Source of the DNA: an uncultured Planctomycetia bacterium
Lineage (GTDB): Bacteria; Omnitrophota; Gorgyraeia; Duberdicusellales; 4484-171
Direction of reading: 5' to 3'
DNA: 53,821 nucleotides
Assembly: GCA_964420965.1 (NCBI GenBank)
Contig: CAYQUQ010000004.1
Location: 1,252 to 55,072, forward strand
Under the pieces are notes generated by a model that worked only from the letters and a program-made list of their open reading frames with translations, searched no databases and had not been told where the DNA came from. The position numbers and the translations under genes were made by a program. This document shows, one piece after another, positions 24,686 through 33,126 of this stretch; position 1 is the stretch's first letter; every line of letters starts with the position of its first letter.

Positions 24686-25484
24686 AGGCAATATCTTAAC
24701 CGGGGCACTCAAGGAAATATTCTTTTACCGGGAGCTTCTGTTTAGCCTGGCCGCCCGCGATATAAAAGTCCGCTACAAACAAACTTTTTTAGGTGCCGCC
24801 TGGGCCATATTTCCTTCCCTGATTACGATGTTGATTTTCACTTTTATCAGCCGGGCAAAGATCATTGTCATTGACACCGGGGATATTCCCTATCCGATAT
24901 TCGCTTATTGCGGGCTACTTCCCTGGACCCTTTTTTCTCAGTCTTTAAGCGCTACCACGACCAGCCTGGTAGATTATTCCGGCCTGATCAATAAAATATA
25001 TTTTCCGCGGGAAATAATTCCGCTTTCGGTCATTTTTTCGAAGTTGATCAATTTTTTCATCTCCGCTTTGGTTTTAATCGGGCTGATGGTATTCTACCGG
25101 GTTAAACCCCAGGTAACCCTTATCGCCGTACCCTTGATATTCGTAATCCAGATTATTTTTATGGCCGGAATAGCTTTTTTTCTCTCCATGGCCCACGTTT
25201 TCTACCGCGATGTCGGGTATGTGGTGAGCGGCGTAGCCCCACTGCTGATGTTTATTACCTCGGTGGTTTATCCGATAAAGGTTGATTCCCCGCAATTGCA
25301 GGGAGTATTAAACACGCTCAATCCGATGATCCCGATAATCGATGCCTATCGGAATTTAGTCTTAAAAGGGCGCTGGCCGGATATGGCCACTCTGGCCGTG
25401 CCGGTCTGCCTCTGTCTTAGTATGTTTTTCATCGGTTTAATCTGGTTCCATAAGACAGCGCCCCATTTTGCGGAGAATATTTGA
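24663..25484 (+). CDS. wzm: ABC-2 type polysaccharide exporter permease (Wzm-like)
   Basis: ELLFSLAARDIKVRYKQTFLGAAWAIFPSL is the ABC-2 signature opening. About 6 TM helices, 273 aa. Confidence 0.85.
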   Translation: MVPDQKNRGNILTGALKEIFFYRELLFSLAARDIKVRYKQTFLGAAWAIFPSLITMLIFTFISRAKIIVIDTGDIPYPIFAYCGLLPWTLFSQSLSATTTSLVDYSGLINKIYFPREIIPLSVIFSKLINFFISALVLIGLMVFYRVKPQVTLIAVPLIFVIQIIFMAGIAFFLSMAHVFYRDVGYVVSGVAPLLMFITSVVYPIKVDSPQLQGVLNTLNPMIPIIDAYRNLVLKGRWPDMATLAVPVCLCLSMFFIGLIWFHKTAPHFAENI

Positions 25485-25499
25485 GGGAGAGATTCGCCC

Positions 25500-26753
25500 A
25501 TGGAGTACGCTATTGAATTCAATAATGTGTGGAAAAGCTTTCGCCGCGGCGAAAAAGCCACCCTTTTAAGAGACGCTATACCTCTTTTTTTTAATAAACT
25601 AAGGGGCCGTAAGGCGCCGGCGGAAAAGAGTGACTTCTGGGCCCTCAAAAACCTTTCGTTTAAAGCTAAACGGGGACAGATTTTAGGTATCGTCGGGCAC
25701 AACGGGGCCGGCAAGACTACGATTTTAAAAATCCTCAGCGGAATAATGCACCAGAGCAAGGGAGAAATCGTTACCCGGGGGCGCATGTCCTGTCTTATTG
25801 TGGCTGAAGCCGGGTTCCATCCCATGTTTACGGGCCGGGAGAATATCTATCTCAGCGGTTCTATTGTGGGCTTGCGAAAAAGCGAGATTGACAGAAAGTT
25901 TGATTCCATCGTTGAATTTGCCGGGCACGGATTGCCCGATTATAAAAAATTTATCGATACTCCCGTAAAGAGATATTCGTCAGGGATGCTGGTACGGCTG
26001 GGGTTCGCCGTAGCCGCGCATGTGGAGCCGGATATTCTTCTGGTGGATGAAATATTAGCCGTAGGGGATATCGCCTTTCAGGAGAAATGCCTCGAATATA
26101 TGAATGATTTAAAGAAAAGCAATACCACCATAGTAATGGTTTCGCACTCCGTCAGTAATATCGCTAATTATTGCGACTGGGCCATCCTGCTTAAAAACGG
26201 CGAGATGACCCATGAAGGGGAACCACATAAGGTGGTGAGCGTCTTTGAGCGTGAATTATCTAAAAAAATGAGCTGGGTTAGCGTGGGTAAGGTAGAGGAA
26301 ATGCGGCCGGTAGGGGGCGCTGTATTGAGCCGCGTAAAAATCGACAGCCGCCAACGGTTAGGCAATGAAATGCGCCTGAATCATAAGGACCCCATCGTGG
26401 TTAATTTTAACTGTGACTGCTTAAAGTACCCCCTCGACGACGTAACTCTTTCTTTAGTGGCTCACCGCAAAGCGGATGGCTGCCGGTGTTTTAATGTTCT
26501 GTCGCACGCATCCGGGTGCTATTTAAATAAAAGAAAAAACAGCGTTGAGCTGGTGGTTAAGAATCACAATTTAGTGCCGGGCCAGTATGTCTTTGATGTC
26601 GAAATAAAGAGCCTAAAGGCCGGACGCGTTATTGCTATCCACCGAGAGCGGGAAGTTGTCATCAAGAGCCCGGATGAATACATGAATCCCGGGCTATACG
26701 GAGTCTATCAACCGGAAAATGTTTCCTGGAAAATCAACCCTCTCAGCGATTAG
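25500..26753 (+). CDS. wzt: ABC polysaccharide exporter ATPase (Wzt-like) with a ~160-aa C-terminal extension
   Basis: Walker A GHNGAGKTT, signature YSSGMLVRLGFA, Walker B ILLVDEILAVGD, H-loop VMVSHS. Residues ~255-417 form an extra beta-rich domain (…VELVVKNHNLVPGQYVFDVEIKS…) at the position of the Wzt C-terminal glycan-cap-binding domain. Confidence 0.85.
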   Translation: MEYAIEFNNVWKSFRRGEKATLLRDAIPLFFNKLRGRKAPAEKSDFWALKNLSFKAKRGQILGIVGHNGAGKTTILKILSGIMHQSKGEIVTRGRMSCLIVAEAGFHPMFTGRENIYLSGSIVGLRKSEIDRKFDSIVEFAGHGLPDYKKFIDTPVKRYSSGMLVRLGFAVAAHVEPDILLVDEILAVGDIAFQEKCLEYMNDLKKSNTTIVMVSHSVSNIANYCDWAILLKNGEMTHEGEPHKVVSVFERELSKKMSWVSVGKVEEMRPVGGAVLSRVKIDSRQRLGNEMRLNHKDPIVVNFNCDCLKYPLDDVTLSLVAHRKADGCRCFNVLSHASGCYLNKRKNSVELVVKNHNLVPGQYVFDVEIKSLKAGRVIAIHREREVVIKSPDEYMNPGLYGVYQPENVSWKINPLSD

Positions 26754-26824
26754 GGTGTGGCCATGCCTTTAGGCTGCGGCCGCTATCCCCGTTCTCCAGA
26801 TATACTATGTATAATAAAATATAA

Positions 26825-26853
26825 TTGACCCCACCCTCTATCTGTTTTATACT
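26825..26853 (+). promoter_or_regulatory. Sigma70-like promoter, TTGACC-17 nt-TATACT
   Basis: TTGACC 26825-26830, 17-nt spacer, TATACT 26848-26853. It lies upstream of the GT2 remnant and the dehydrogenase gene. Confidence 0.4.
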
Positions 26854-26876
26854 AACATAATCTGCGGTTAAAGAAT

Positions 26877-26987
26877 ATGAGAAACGTACCTCTGGTTTCC
26901 GTGATTACTCCTGTCTATAATATGGGCAAGTATATCCGGTCCTGCATCGAGAGCGTTTTAGCCCAGGATTATCAACCGGTAGAATAA
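26877..26987 (+). pseudogene. 36-codon remnant of a GT2 glycosyltransferase gene
   Basis: [36 protein letters not shown] then TAA. 26 of 36 residues are identical to the N-terminus (from Met10) of the GT2 at 40100-41065 ([36 protein letters not shown]). This includes an identical 21-nt run, agcgttttagcccaggattat. Homology stops at the TAA. Confidence 0.6.
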
Positions 26988-27021
26988 AGGGGCTAAGAAA
27001 ATAGGAACAAGGTGATATAAA

Positions 27022-28362
27022 ATGAAGATTGAAAATATTTCGGTCGTCGGTTTAGGCAAGCTGGGGTTTCCTTTTGCGGTCTGCCTGGTCCATAAAGGCT
27101 TTAAGGTCACGGCTGTGGATGAGGATAAAGAGAGGGTAGAATTGCTTAACAGGGGAGAAGTCCCTTTTTATGAACCCGGCCTAAAAGAACTTCTGGCTTT
27201 AAGCCGGCATAACCTTAAGGGGACAACCGATTACGGTATTGCCGTTAAGAATTCCCGGATTACTTTTATTGTGGTGCCTACCCCCAGCGACAGCCTGGGG
27301 GATTTTTCGCTTAAATGTGTCCTTCAATCCTGTAAACAAACAGGGGAAGTTTTGAAGAAAAAGAAGGATTTTCACCTGGTGGTAGTAACCAGCACCGTTA
27401 CCCCGGGTTCAATGGACCGGGAAATCAAACCCGCCTTAAGTGTTCATTCCGGCAAAAGGTGCAAAGATCAATTCGGCCTGTGTTATAACCCGGAATTTAT
27501 CGCTTTGGGCAGGGTTGTCCATAATCTTTACAACCCGGATTTTATCTTAATCGGCGAATCCGATCGGAAATCCGGCGATATTCTTTCTTCCCTGTATGGA
27601 AGGTTTTGCGGTGAAGATAAAAAAATAGCCCGAATGAACTTTGTTAATGCCGAGCTTACCAAACTGTTGGTTAACACCTTTGTTACCATGAAGATATCTT
27701 ATGCTAATATGATTGAGCGGCTATGTGAGCTGCTGACTGAAGGCGACGTTGATGTGGTAACCAAAGCTTTGGGGTTGGATAAGCGCATCGGCCCCGAATA
27801 TCTTAAAGGAGGTTTAGGGTACGGCGGACCCTGTTTTCCCCGGGATAATGTGGCTTTAGCCTGTGCGGCCAGAAAAGTCGGAAGCAGCGTTCCTTTGGCC
27901 GAGGCCACCCATAAATTTAACCAGGACCAGATATATAGAGTGGTGGATATGGTTCTGGCTAAGCTTCCCGAAAAAGGAAAGGTGGGTATTCTCGGATTGT
28001 CTTACAAGCCCGATACTGACGTGGTTGAAGAGTCTCAGGGTTTATTATTGGCCCGGATTATGATGGATAAGAATGTGCCGGTGATCCTGTACGATCCGGT
28101 AGCTGCAAAAAAGGCCAAGAAGGCCCTTGGCCTTAAGGTTAATATTGCTTCATCTGTCCGGGAGTGCATAAAGGAGGCTCAAGTTTTAGTGATTGCCACT
28201 GCCTGGGATGAGTTTACAAGTATCAGTCCCGATGATTTTAAGGGTTTAGCCAAGCGGGCCGTAATAGACTGTTGGCGGATTTTGAACCGTGATAATTTTC
28301 TTTCTTTGCCGGTTAAGGAGACGATCGAGTACGTTCCTTTAGGTATCGGCCCAAAAGATTAG
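27022..28362 (+). CDS. Nucleotide-sugar 6-dehydrogenase (UDP-glucose/GDP-mannose dehydrogenase family)
   Basis: N-terminal Rossmann ISVVGLGKLGFPFAVCL. Catalytic-Cys region LGYGGPCFPRDN. C-terminal GLSYKPDTDVVEES (compare GlaFKp.TdD.ReS). Confidence 0.9.
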   Translation: MKIENISVVGLGKLGFPFAVCLVHKGFKVTAVDEDKERVELLNRGEVPFYEPGLKELLALSRHNLKGTTDYGIAVKNSRITFIVVPTPSDSLGDFSLKCVLQSCKQTGEVLKKKKDFHLVVVTSTVTPGSMDREIKPALSVHSGKRCKDQFGLCYNPEFIALGRVVHNLYNPDFILIGESDRKSGDILSSLYGRFCGEDKKIARMNFVNAELTKLLVNTFVTMKISYANMIERLCELLTEGDVDVVTKALGLDKRIGPEYLKGGLGYGGPCFPRDNVALACAARKVGSSVPLAEATHKFNQDQIYRVVDMVLAKLPEKGKVGILGLSYKPDTDVVEESQGLLLARIMMDKNVPVILYDPVAAKKAKKALGLKVNIASSVRECIKEAQVLVIATAWDEFTSISPDDFKGLAKRAVIDCWRILNRDNFLSLPVKETIEYVPLGIGPKD

Positions 28363-28374
28363 TAAGCAGCATTT

Positions 28375-29573
28375 ATGCATATAAATATTATAAGAAAAGT
28401 CGATCAGTATGCCGGCCCGGTAATTTGTCGGTTTTTGTTACTGTTAAAAGCCTTTCGGCCCGGCACACCGCACGCAAACAATAATCTGAAAATTAACCCT
28501 AAAAATATCCTGATTATAAAATTCTTCGGTCTGGGCAGTATACTTTTAGCTTCACCGTCCTTATCTTTATTGAAGAAAAAATACCCCGCGGCTAAAATTA
28601 CGCTGTTCACCCTGCCCGAAAACAGCCGGATTTGTAAAATTTTACCCTCGATAGATGAGGCTATCTGTTTGGATATTAAGAATATATCTATTTTTTTAAG
28701 AAACTTTATTAAGGCCATATCCGATATCCGGAAAAGGGACTTTGACGTAATCGTGAATCTTGAATTTCTGACCAATTTCTCTGCGCTGGTAAGCCTGCTG
28801 GCCACTTTATTCTTAAAAAACCGGATAACCATCGGGTTTAATTCACCTCTTTCCTGGAGGAACAGGGTCCACGACCTGAATGTATCGTTCAGCCACAGCG
28901 CTCATATTACCAAGATATTTCTTAAAGTTATACACAGCCTGGGGGTAGAAGGCCGGGAGCTTTCCATTGAGCGGAAAGAACAGCCTTATTGCAATGTGCG
29001 GATAGCCTATTTATGCAGAAGGTTGTGGCTGAAAACAGCGGTCTTCGGCAGTGTAATTTTTTTGTGGCGGTAAACATAAATGCCGGGGAGTTAAGCTTGC
29101 ACCGTAGATGGCCCCGGGAATACTTTGCGTTGGTTGTTAAGGCCTTAATCCAGAGAGATGAAACAGCGGTTTTTCTGATCGGCGATAAGGCCGATACCGA
29201 ATACGTTGCTGAGTTTAAGAAAATGTTGCCTGAATCATCCCGGCTGGTCAGTCTTTGCGGAAAAACTGACCTGGAAGGACTAATCGGACTGTTTCGTTCC
29301 TGCACTCTACTGGTTACCAATGACAGCGGTCCGTTGCACGTGGCCGAGACGGTAGGGTTAGATACCGTATCATTTTTCGGTCCGGAAACGCCGCTTCTTT
29401 ACGGGCCCATCTACGGTAAACACCATGTTTTTTATGAGGATATCTATTGCAGTCCCTGTTTGAATGTCTATAATTCGAAAATGAGCCGCTGTAATAATAA
29501 CCTCTGCCTTAAAACCATTAAGCCCCAGGATGTCATAAATCTAATCGAAGACCAATATTTATCCCGGCAATGA
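28375..29573 (+). pseudogene. Glycosyltransferase family 9 (heptosyltransferase-like) split by a frameshift
   Basis: ORF 28375-29073 carries the GT9 N-domain (ILIIKFFGLGSILLASPSLSLLKKKYPAAKITLFT). ORF 28989-29573 carries the C-domain (VAVNINAGELSLHRRWPREYFALVVKAL..AVFLIGDK..LVTNDSGPLHVAETVGLDTVSFFGP). The frame-3 reading opens after TGA 28968-28970, so the frame 1 to frame 3 switch lies at about 28971-28990. This fits a 1-nt loss or a sequencing error. Confidence 0.75.
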
Positions 29574-30643
29574 AGTCAGTCATTTTTAAGAGCAGAAAGA
29601 ATATCCCCAGCCTGTTGTGGCGGGCCTTAAGCTGGCAGCTAAACTTTTTGTGGGGGAAGACCCCCCGGCCTTTGGCTTGCGGCTTATACCTTACCAGCAA
29701 ATGCAACTTCCGCTGCGATTTTTGCAATATCTGGCGTAAGGCCAACAACGTTACCTTACCGTTCGCTAAGGCCCGAAAGATTGTGGATGGCTTAAGCGAT
29801 TCGGGGTGTTTTTATTTCAGTATAACCGGCGGAGAGCCCCTTTTAGTTGATTATATCTTTGATTTATTATCCTATGCCAAAAAGAGCAAGATAAGGTATG
29901 TGCATATGGTTACTAACGGTTATCTTCTCAACCAGGATAAGGCCGGCAGGTTAAAAAACAGCGGTATTGATGAGTTATCGATCAGTATAGACGGCTGTAA
30001 ACAGAATCACGACAAGAGAAGAGGGGTTTCGGGGGCATACTCCAGAGCGATAGAAGCTATAGAAAATTTGAAGAAAAAAGCGCCGCAGGTAAATATCGTG
30101 CTTAACGCTGTATTTTTTCCGCAAGACCCCCTGGAGTCTCTTCATGTATTAGAACTGGCCCGTAAGCTCGGCGTGGCCATGAAGGTTCAGCCTTTAAACC
30201 AGCACCCTCTATTTAATCAGGACAACTCCTTTCGCCTGCCTTCGGAGAATAACTTAAAGCAGAGAGAGCAAGACATAAAGAGAGCCATTAAGATATTGCG
30301 GGATGATAGCCATGTGGTTAACTCTAATACTTTTTTGGATAATATTTACAATTTTTATTTTCAGAAAGATAAGCTGATTTTTTCAAATTCCGATTGTTTA
30401 TTCGGGTATCACCATATTGAGATTTTAGAAGACGGCCGTATTTTCCCCTGCCTGGAGGGGCTGAACTGGCAGGGGGGAATAGAATTTGACGGAAATTTAA
30501 AAACTATTACCTCTTCGCAAGGGTACGCTCAAATTCTAAAAAATTTAAAGAAATGCAAGGGCTGCCGTAATAGTTATTACATTTGTTATTACGAACCTAG
30601 GATCAGTTTCCCCTTAAAAAACTTTATCCGGTTCAATGTCTAA
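29570..30643 (+). CDS. Radical SAM enzyme with a C-terminal SPASM/twitch-like auxiliary Cys motif
   Basis: LTSKCNFRCDFCNIW (CxxxCxxC). C-terminal CLFGYHHIEILEDGRIFPC (C-x12-G-x4-C) and CKGCRNSYYIC. Confidence 0.85.
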   Translation: MKSVIFKSRKNIPSLLWRALSWQLNFLWGKTPRPLACGLYLTSKCNFRCDFCNIWRKANNVTLPFAKARKIVDGLSDSGCFYFSITGGEPLLVDYIFDLLSYAKKSKIRYVHMVTNGYLLNQDKAGRLKNSGIDELSISIDGCKQNHDKRRGVSGAYSRAIEAIENLKKKAPQVNIVLNAVFFPQDPLESLHVLELARKLGVAMKVQPLNQHPLFNQDNSFRLPSENNLKQREQDIKRAIKILRDDSHVVNSNTFLDNIYNFYFQKDKLIFSNSDCLFGYHHIEILEDGRIFPCLEGLNWQGGIEFDGNLKTITSSQGYAQILKNLKKCKGCRNSYYICYYEPRISFPLKNFIRFNV

Positions 30644-31685
30644 GTTTAGAAAATCTACCTTTATTAACGGGTTGCAGGTTTTAAAATCAATTTACGCTGT
30701 TAAAAGAGGTAAACGCATACCTTTGTATTGCGAGTGGGAGGTTACTGACCGCTGTAATATGAATTGCAGTTTTTGCGGCACCAGAAAAGATAACAAAAGT
30801 ACCGGGGCAGATATACCCACAAAGGCGGCAGTTAATCTAATCGATCAGCTTTCCGGTATGGGAACCAGGATAATCCATTTTTCGGGAGGAGAACCAACCT
30901 TAAGAGATGACTTAAACCTTCTCATTGCCCGGGCTAAGGAAAAAAAGATGTTAGTTTCTTTAACTACGAACGGATCCGCTCCGGCGAAAAAGAGGCAAGC
31001 ATTTCTTATGGCTGATATAATCGCAATCAGCATCGACGGTGATGAGCAGCTTCATGATTCAATGCGAAAAGCCCCCGGGGCCTACCGGCGGGCAGTAGAA
31101 ACGCTGAAGTTTTTAACTGCCCATAATAAAACTCCCATTATCATCGCTGTTTGTATGGAAAATTCCTCCTACGAAATGCTGGAGCGGCTGGCAACTTTGG
31201 CCCGGTCACTTAAGGTAAAAATATCGGTAAAAAATTTAGGGCCGAACGTAAATACTCAGAGCCAAAATCCAGAGCGCGTTCAACCTTACAAGAATCTGGA
31301 TTCTCCTTATTTTAAAAGATTTGCCTCCCTAGTTGAAAAATTAAAAAAAACCCTTGGCAAAACCTTAGCTAATCCCGGGCCCCTGTTAAATGTTATCCAA
31401 AACGGAGGATTGGGTGTTTATGGGTGTAGAGCCATGGATATCGCTATTTCCCTTAAAGCTGACGGCAGCGTAAGCTTACCCTGTAACGGATTAACTAAAT
31501 TACTTATCAAGGGCGATTTAAGGGAAGCTTATTACGGTAAGCGGGCACTTAAGCTTAGAGCCGTTCAGGGAATAGATCCGGTATGTAAGGGGTGTAGTAT
31601 TCCCTGCATGGTGCAGGCCAGTGCTTTATTAAAACCAAAAGGTATTTGGACCATTTTCGATGCCTATATAGAGAGTCTGTATTAA
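30636..31685 (+). CDS. Radical SAM enzyme with a C-terminal SPASM/twitch-like auxiliary Cys motif (paralogue)
   Basis: VTDRCNMNCSFCGT (CxxxCxxC). C-terminal CRAMDIAISLKADGSVSLPC and CKGCSIPC. Confidence 0.85.
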   Translation: MSKFRKSTFINGLQVLKSIYAVKRGKRIPLYCEWEVTDRCNMNCSFCGTRKDNKSTGADIPTKAAVNLIDQLSGMGTRIIHFSGGEPTLRDDLNLLIARAKEKKMLVSLTTNGSAPAKKRQAFLMADIIAISIDGDEQLHDSMRKAPGAYRRAVETLKFLTAHNKTPIIIAVCMENSSYEMLERLATLARSLKVKISVKNLGPNVNTQSQNPERVQPYKNLDSPYFKRFASLVEKLKKTLGKTLANPGPLLNVIQNGGLGVYGCRAMDIAISLKADGSVSLPCNGLTKLLIKGDLREAYYGKRALKLRAVQGIDPVCKGCSIPCMVQASALLKPKGIWTIFDAYIESLY

Positions 31686-31692
31686 ACTTAAG

Positions 31693-33096
31693 ATGAAAAT
31701 TTTACTGATTAGATATCACGATAAAGCTAATATCAATTCCCGCGAGATAAAGAACGTAATTGCCGGTATGGGGGTCTGGCCGCCGCTGGGATTGCTGTAT
31801 CTGGGAGCTATATTGCGTAAGCACGGATATGCAGTGGAAATTCTTGACGTTTTAGCCCGGAGATTGAACAGCGCCGAAGCCAGGAAGGCAATAATCGGTG
31901 CCCGGGCGGATTTAGTGGGTATAACTTCGACCACTCCCGAAATCCGGGGAGTAATGGAGGCCGCGCATTGGGCTAAGGAAACCGGAGCCAGGGTCGTCAT
32001 CGGCGGCCCGCACACCGGCATTTACCCCGCAGAAACAGTTTCCTCGCCGGATGTTGATTTCGCCGTGCGCGGAGACGGCGAAAGGCCCCTGTTAGCTTTA
32101 GTGAATGCGCTAAGTTCCGGCACTGCTGATTTTTCTAAGATACCCGGTTTAATTTATAAAGATAAAGGGGCAGTTTATCAAAACAACCCCTATGTAGAAA
32201 TGGACTTAGAAAGCCTTCCTGTGCCCGAATGGAGCCTGATTAATTTACCGGCTTATTCCCGGGCCGATGCCTTAAAGCCCATGGCCACCATGCTTACCGG
32301 CCGGGGCTGCCCTTACCGATGCGGATTTTGCTATCGCGATTTAAATACTATGAAGATGCGATTCAGAGACCCCGTCGCGGTTGTAGATGAAATGGAATAT
32401 TTGGTTAAAAATTTTGGCGTCAAAGAAATAATATTTTGTAATGATACTTTGACCCTGCAGCGGGATAATATTATGTCTATTTGCGATGAGATATTAAACC
32501 GGGATATTAAAATCCTCTGGCAGGGTGCGACCCGTGTCGATACGGTCGATCCGGAAATGCTGAAATTAATGAAAAGGGCCGGCTGTAAACAGCTTAAGTT
32601 CGGCATTGAATCCGGCAATGCGGAAATATTGCGCTTGATGAATAAAGGAGTTGACCGGGATAAAACCAGACAGGTTTTTTCCTGGTGCCGAGAATTAAAA
32701 ATCAGGACCGGTGCCTATTTTATTCTCGGCTATATTGATGAGAACGAAAAAACCATACAGGAAACAATTGATTTTGCCAAAGAACTTAATCCTGATTTTG
32801 CCATGTTTTACGCCGGTATTCCTTTGCCTAATACCAGTTACCATGAGCTTGCCGTCAGCCGGAAAAGAATCGATTCGGACTACTGGCATGATTACGTCCT
32901 CGGCCGAAGAAATGACCGCATCCCTTATTGTATCGATAATATGGATAGGTGGGTGCAGCATGCTTTTCGTCAGTTTTACGGCCGCCCTTCTTTTATAATG
33001 AGAAAATTTTTTAATCCGCAAGTATGGCTATCGGCGGTAAGAAACCCGAAATTGCTTTTAGGGATATTTTTCCCGCGGAATTACGAATCAGGATAA
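31693..33096 (+). CDS. B12-binding-domain radical SAM enzyme
   Basis: N-terminal cobalamin-binding-like Rossmann segment (KILLIRYHD..PPLGLLYLGAILRKHGYAVEILD..DLVGITSTTP..VVIGGPH), then TGRGCPYRCGFCY. Confidence 0.85.
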   Translation: MKILLIRYHDKANINSREIKNVIAGMGVWPPLGLLYLGAILRKHGYAVEILDVLARRLNSAEARKAIIGARADLVGITSTTPEIRGVMEAAHWAKETGARVVIGGPHTGIYPAETVSSPDVDFAVRGDGERPLLALVNALSSGTADFSKIPGLIYKDKGAVYQNNPYVEMDLESLPVPEWSLINLPAYSRADALKPMATMLTGRGCPYRCGFCYRDLNTMKMRFRDPVAVVDEMEYLVKNFGVKEIIFCNDTLTLQRDNIMSICDEILNRDIKILWQGATRVDTVDPEMLKLMKRAGCKQLKFGIESGNAEILRLMNKGVDRDKTRQVFSWCRELKIRTGAYFILGYIDENEKTIQETIDFAKELNPDFAMFYAGIPLPNTSYHELAVSRKRIDSDYWHDYVLGRRNDRIPYCIDNMDRWVQHAFRQFYGRPSFIMRKFFNPQVWLSAVRNPKLLLGIFFPRNYESG

Positions 33097-33126
33097 TTTT
33101 TTGGATACCGTCCCCAAAGCAGCGAT

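Noticed and set aside
25346-25825. 159-aa minus-strand ORF. Similar antisense ORFs occur at 17060-17539, 28404-28832, 28928-29320, 45121-45498, 45499-45786 and 18369-18719
   Set aside because: All lie opposite genes with strong family motifs on the + strand. They have no start context and no recognisable domains.
26754-26824. GC-rich palindromic stretch after wzt (ggccatgcctttaggctgcggccgc) as a rho-independent terminator
   Set aside because: The stems are 3-4 bp and there is no following T-run. This is not convincing, although an operon boundary here is plausible given the promoter at 26825.
28989-29573. Treating the second GT9 ORF as an independent gene starting at TTG 28989
   Set aside because: It encodes only the C-terminal Rossmann domain of a GT9 enzyme. 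It overlaps the N-domain ORF by 85 nt. One frameshifted gene is the simpler reading.
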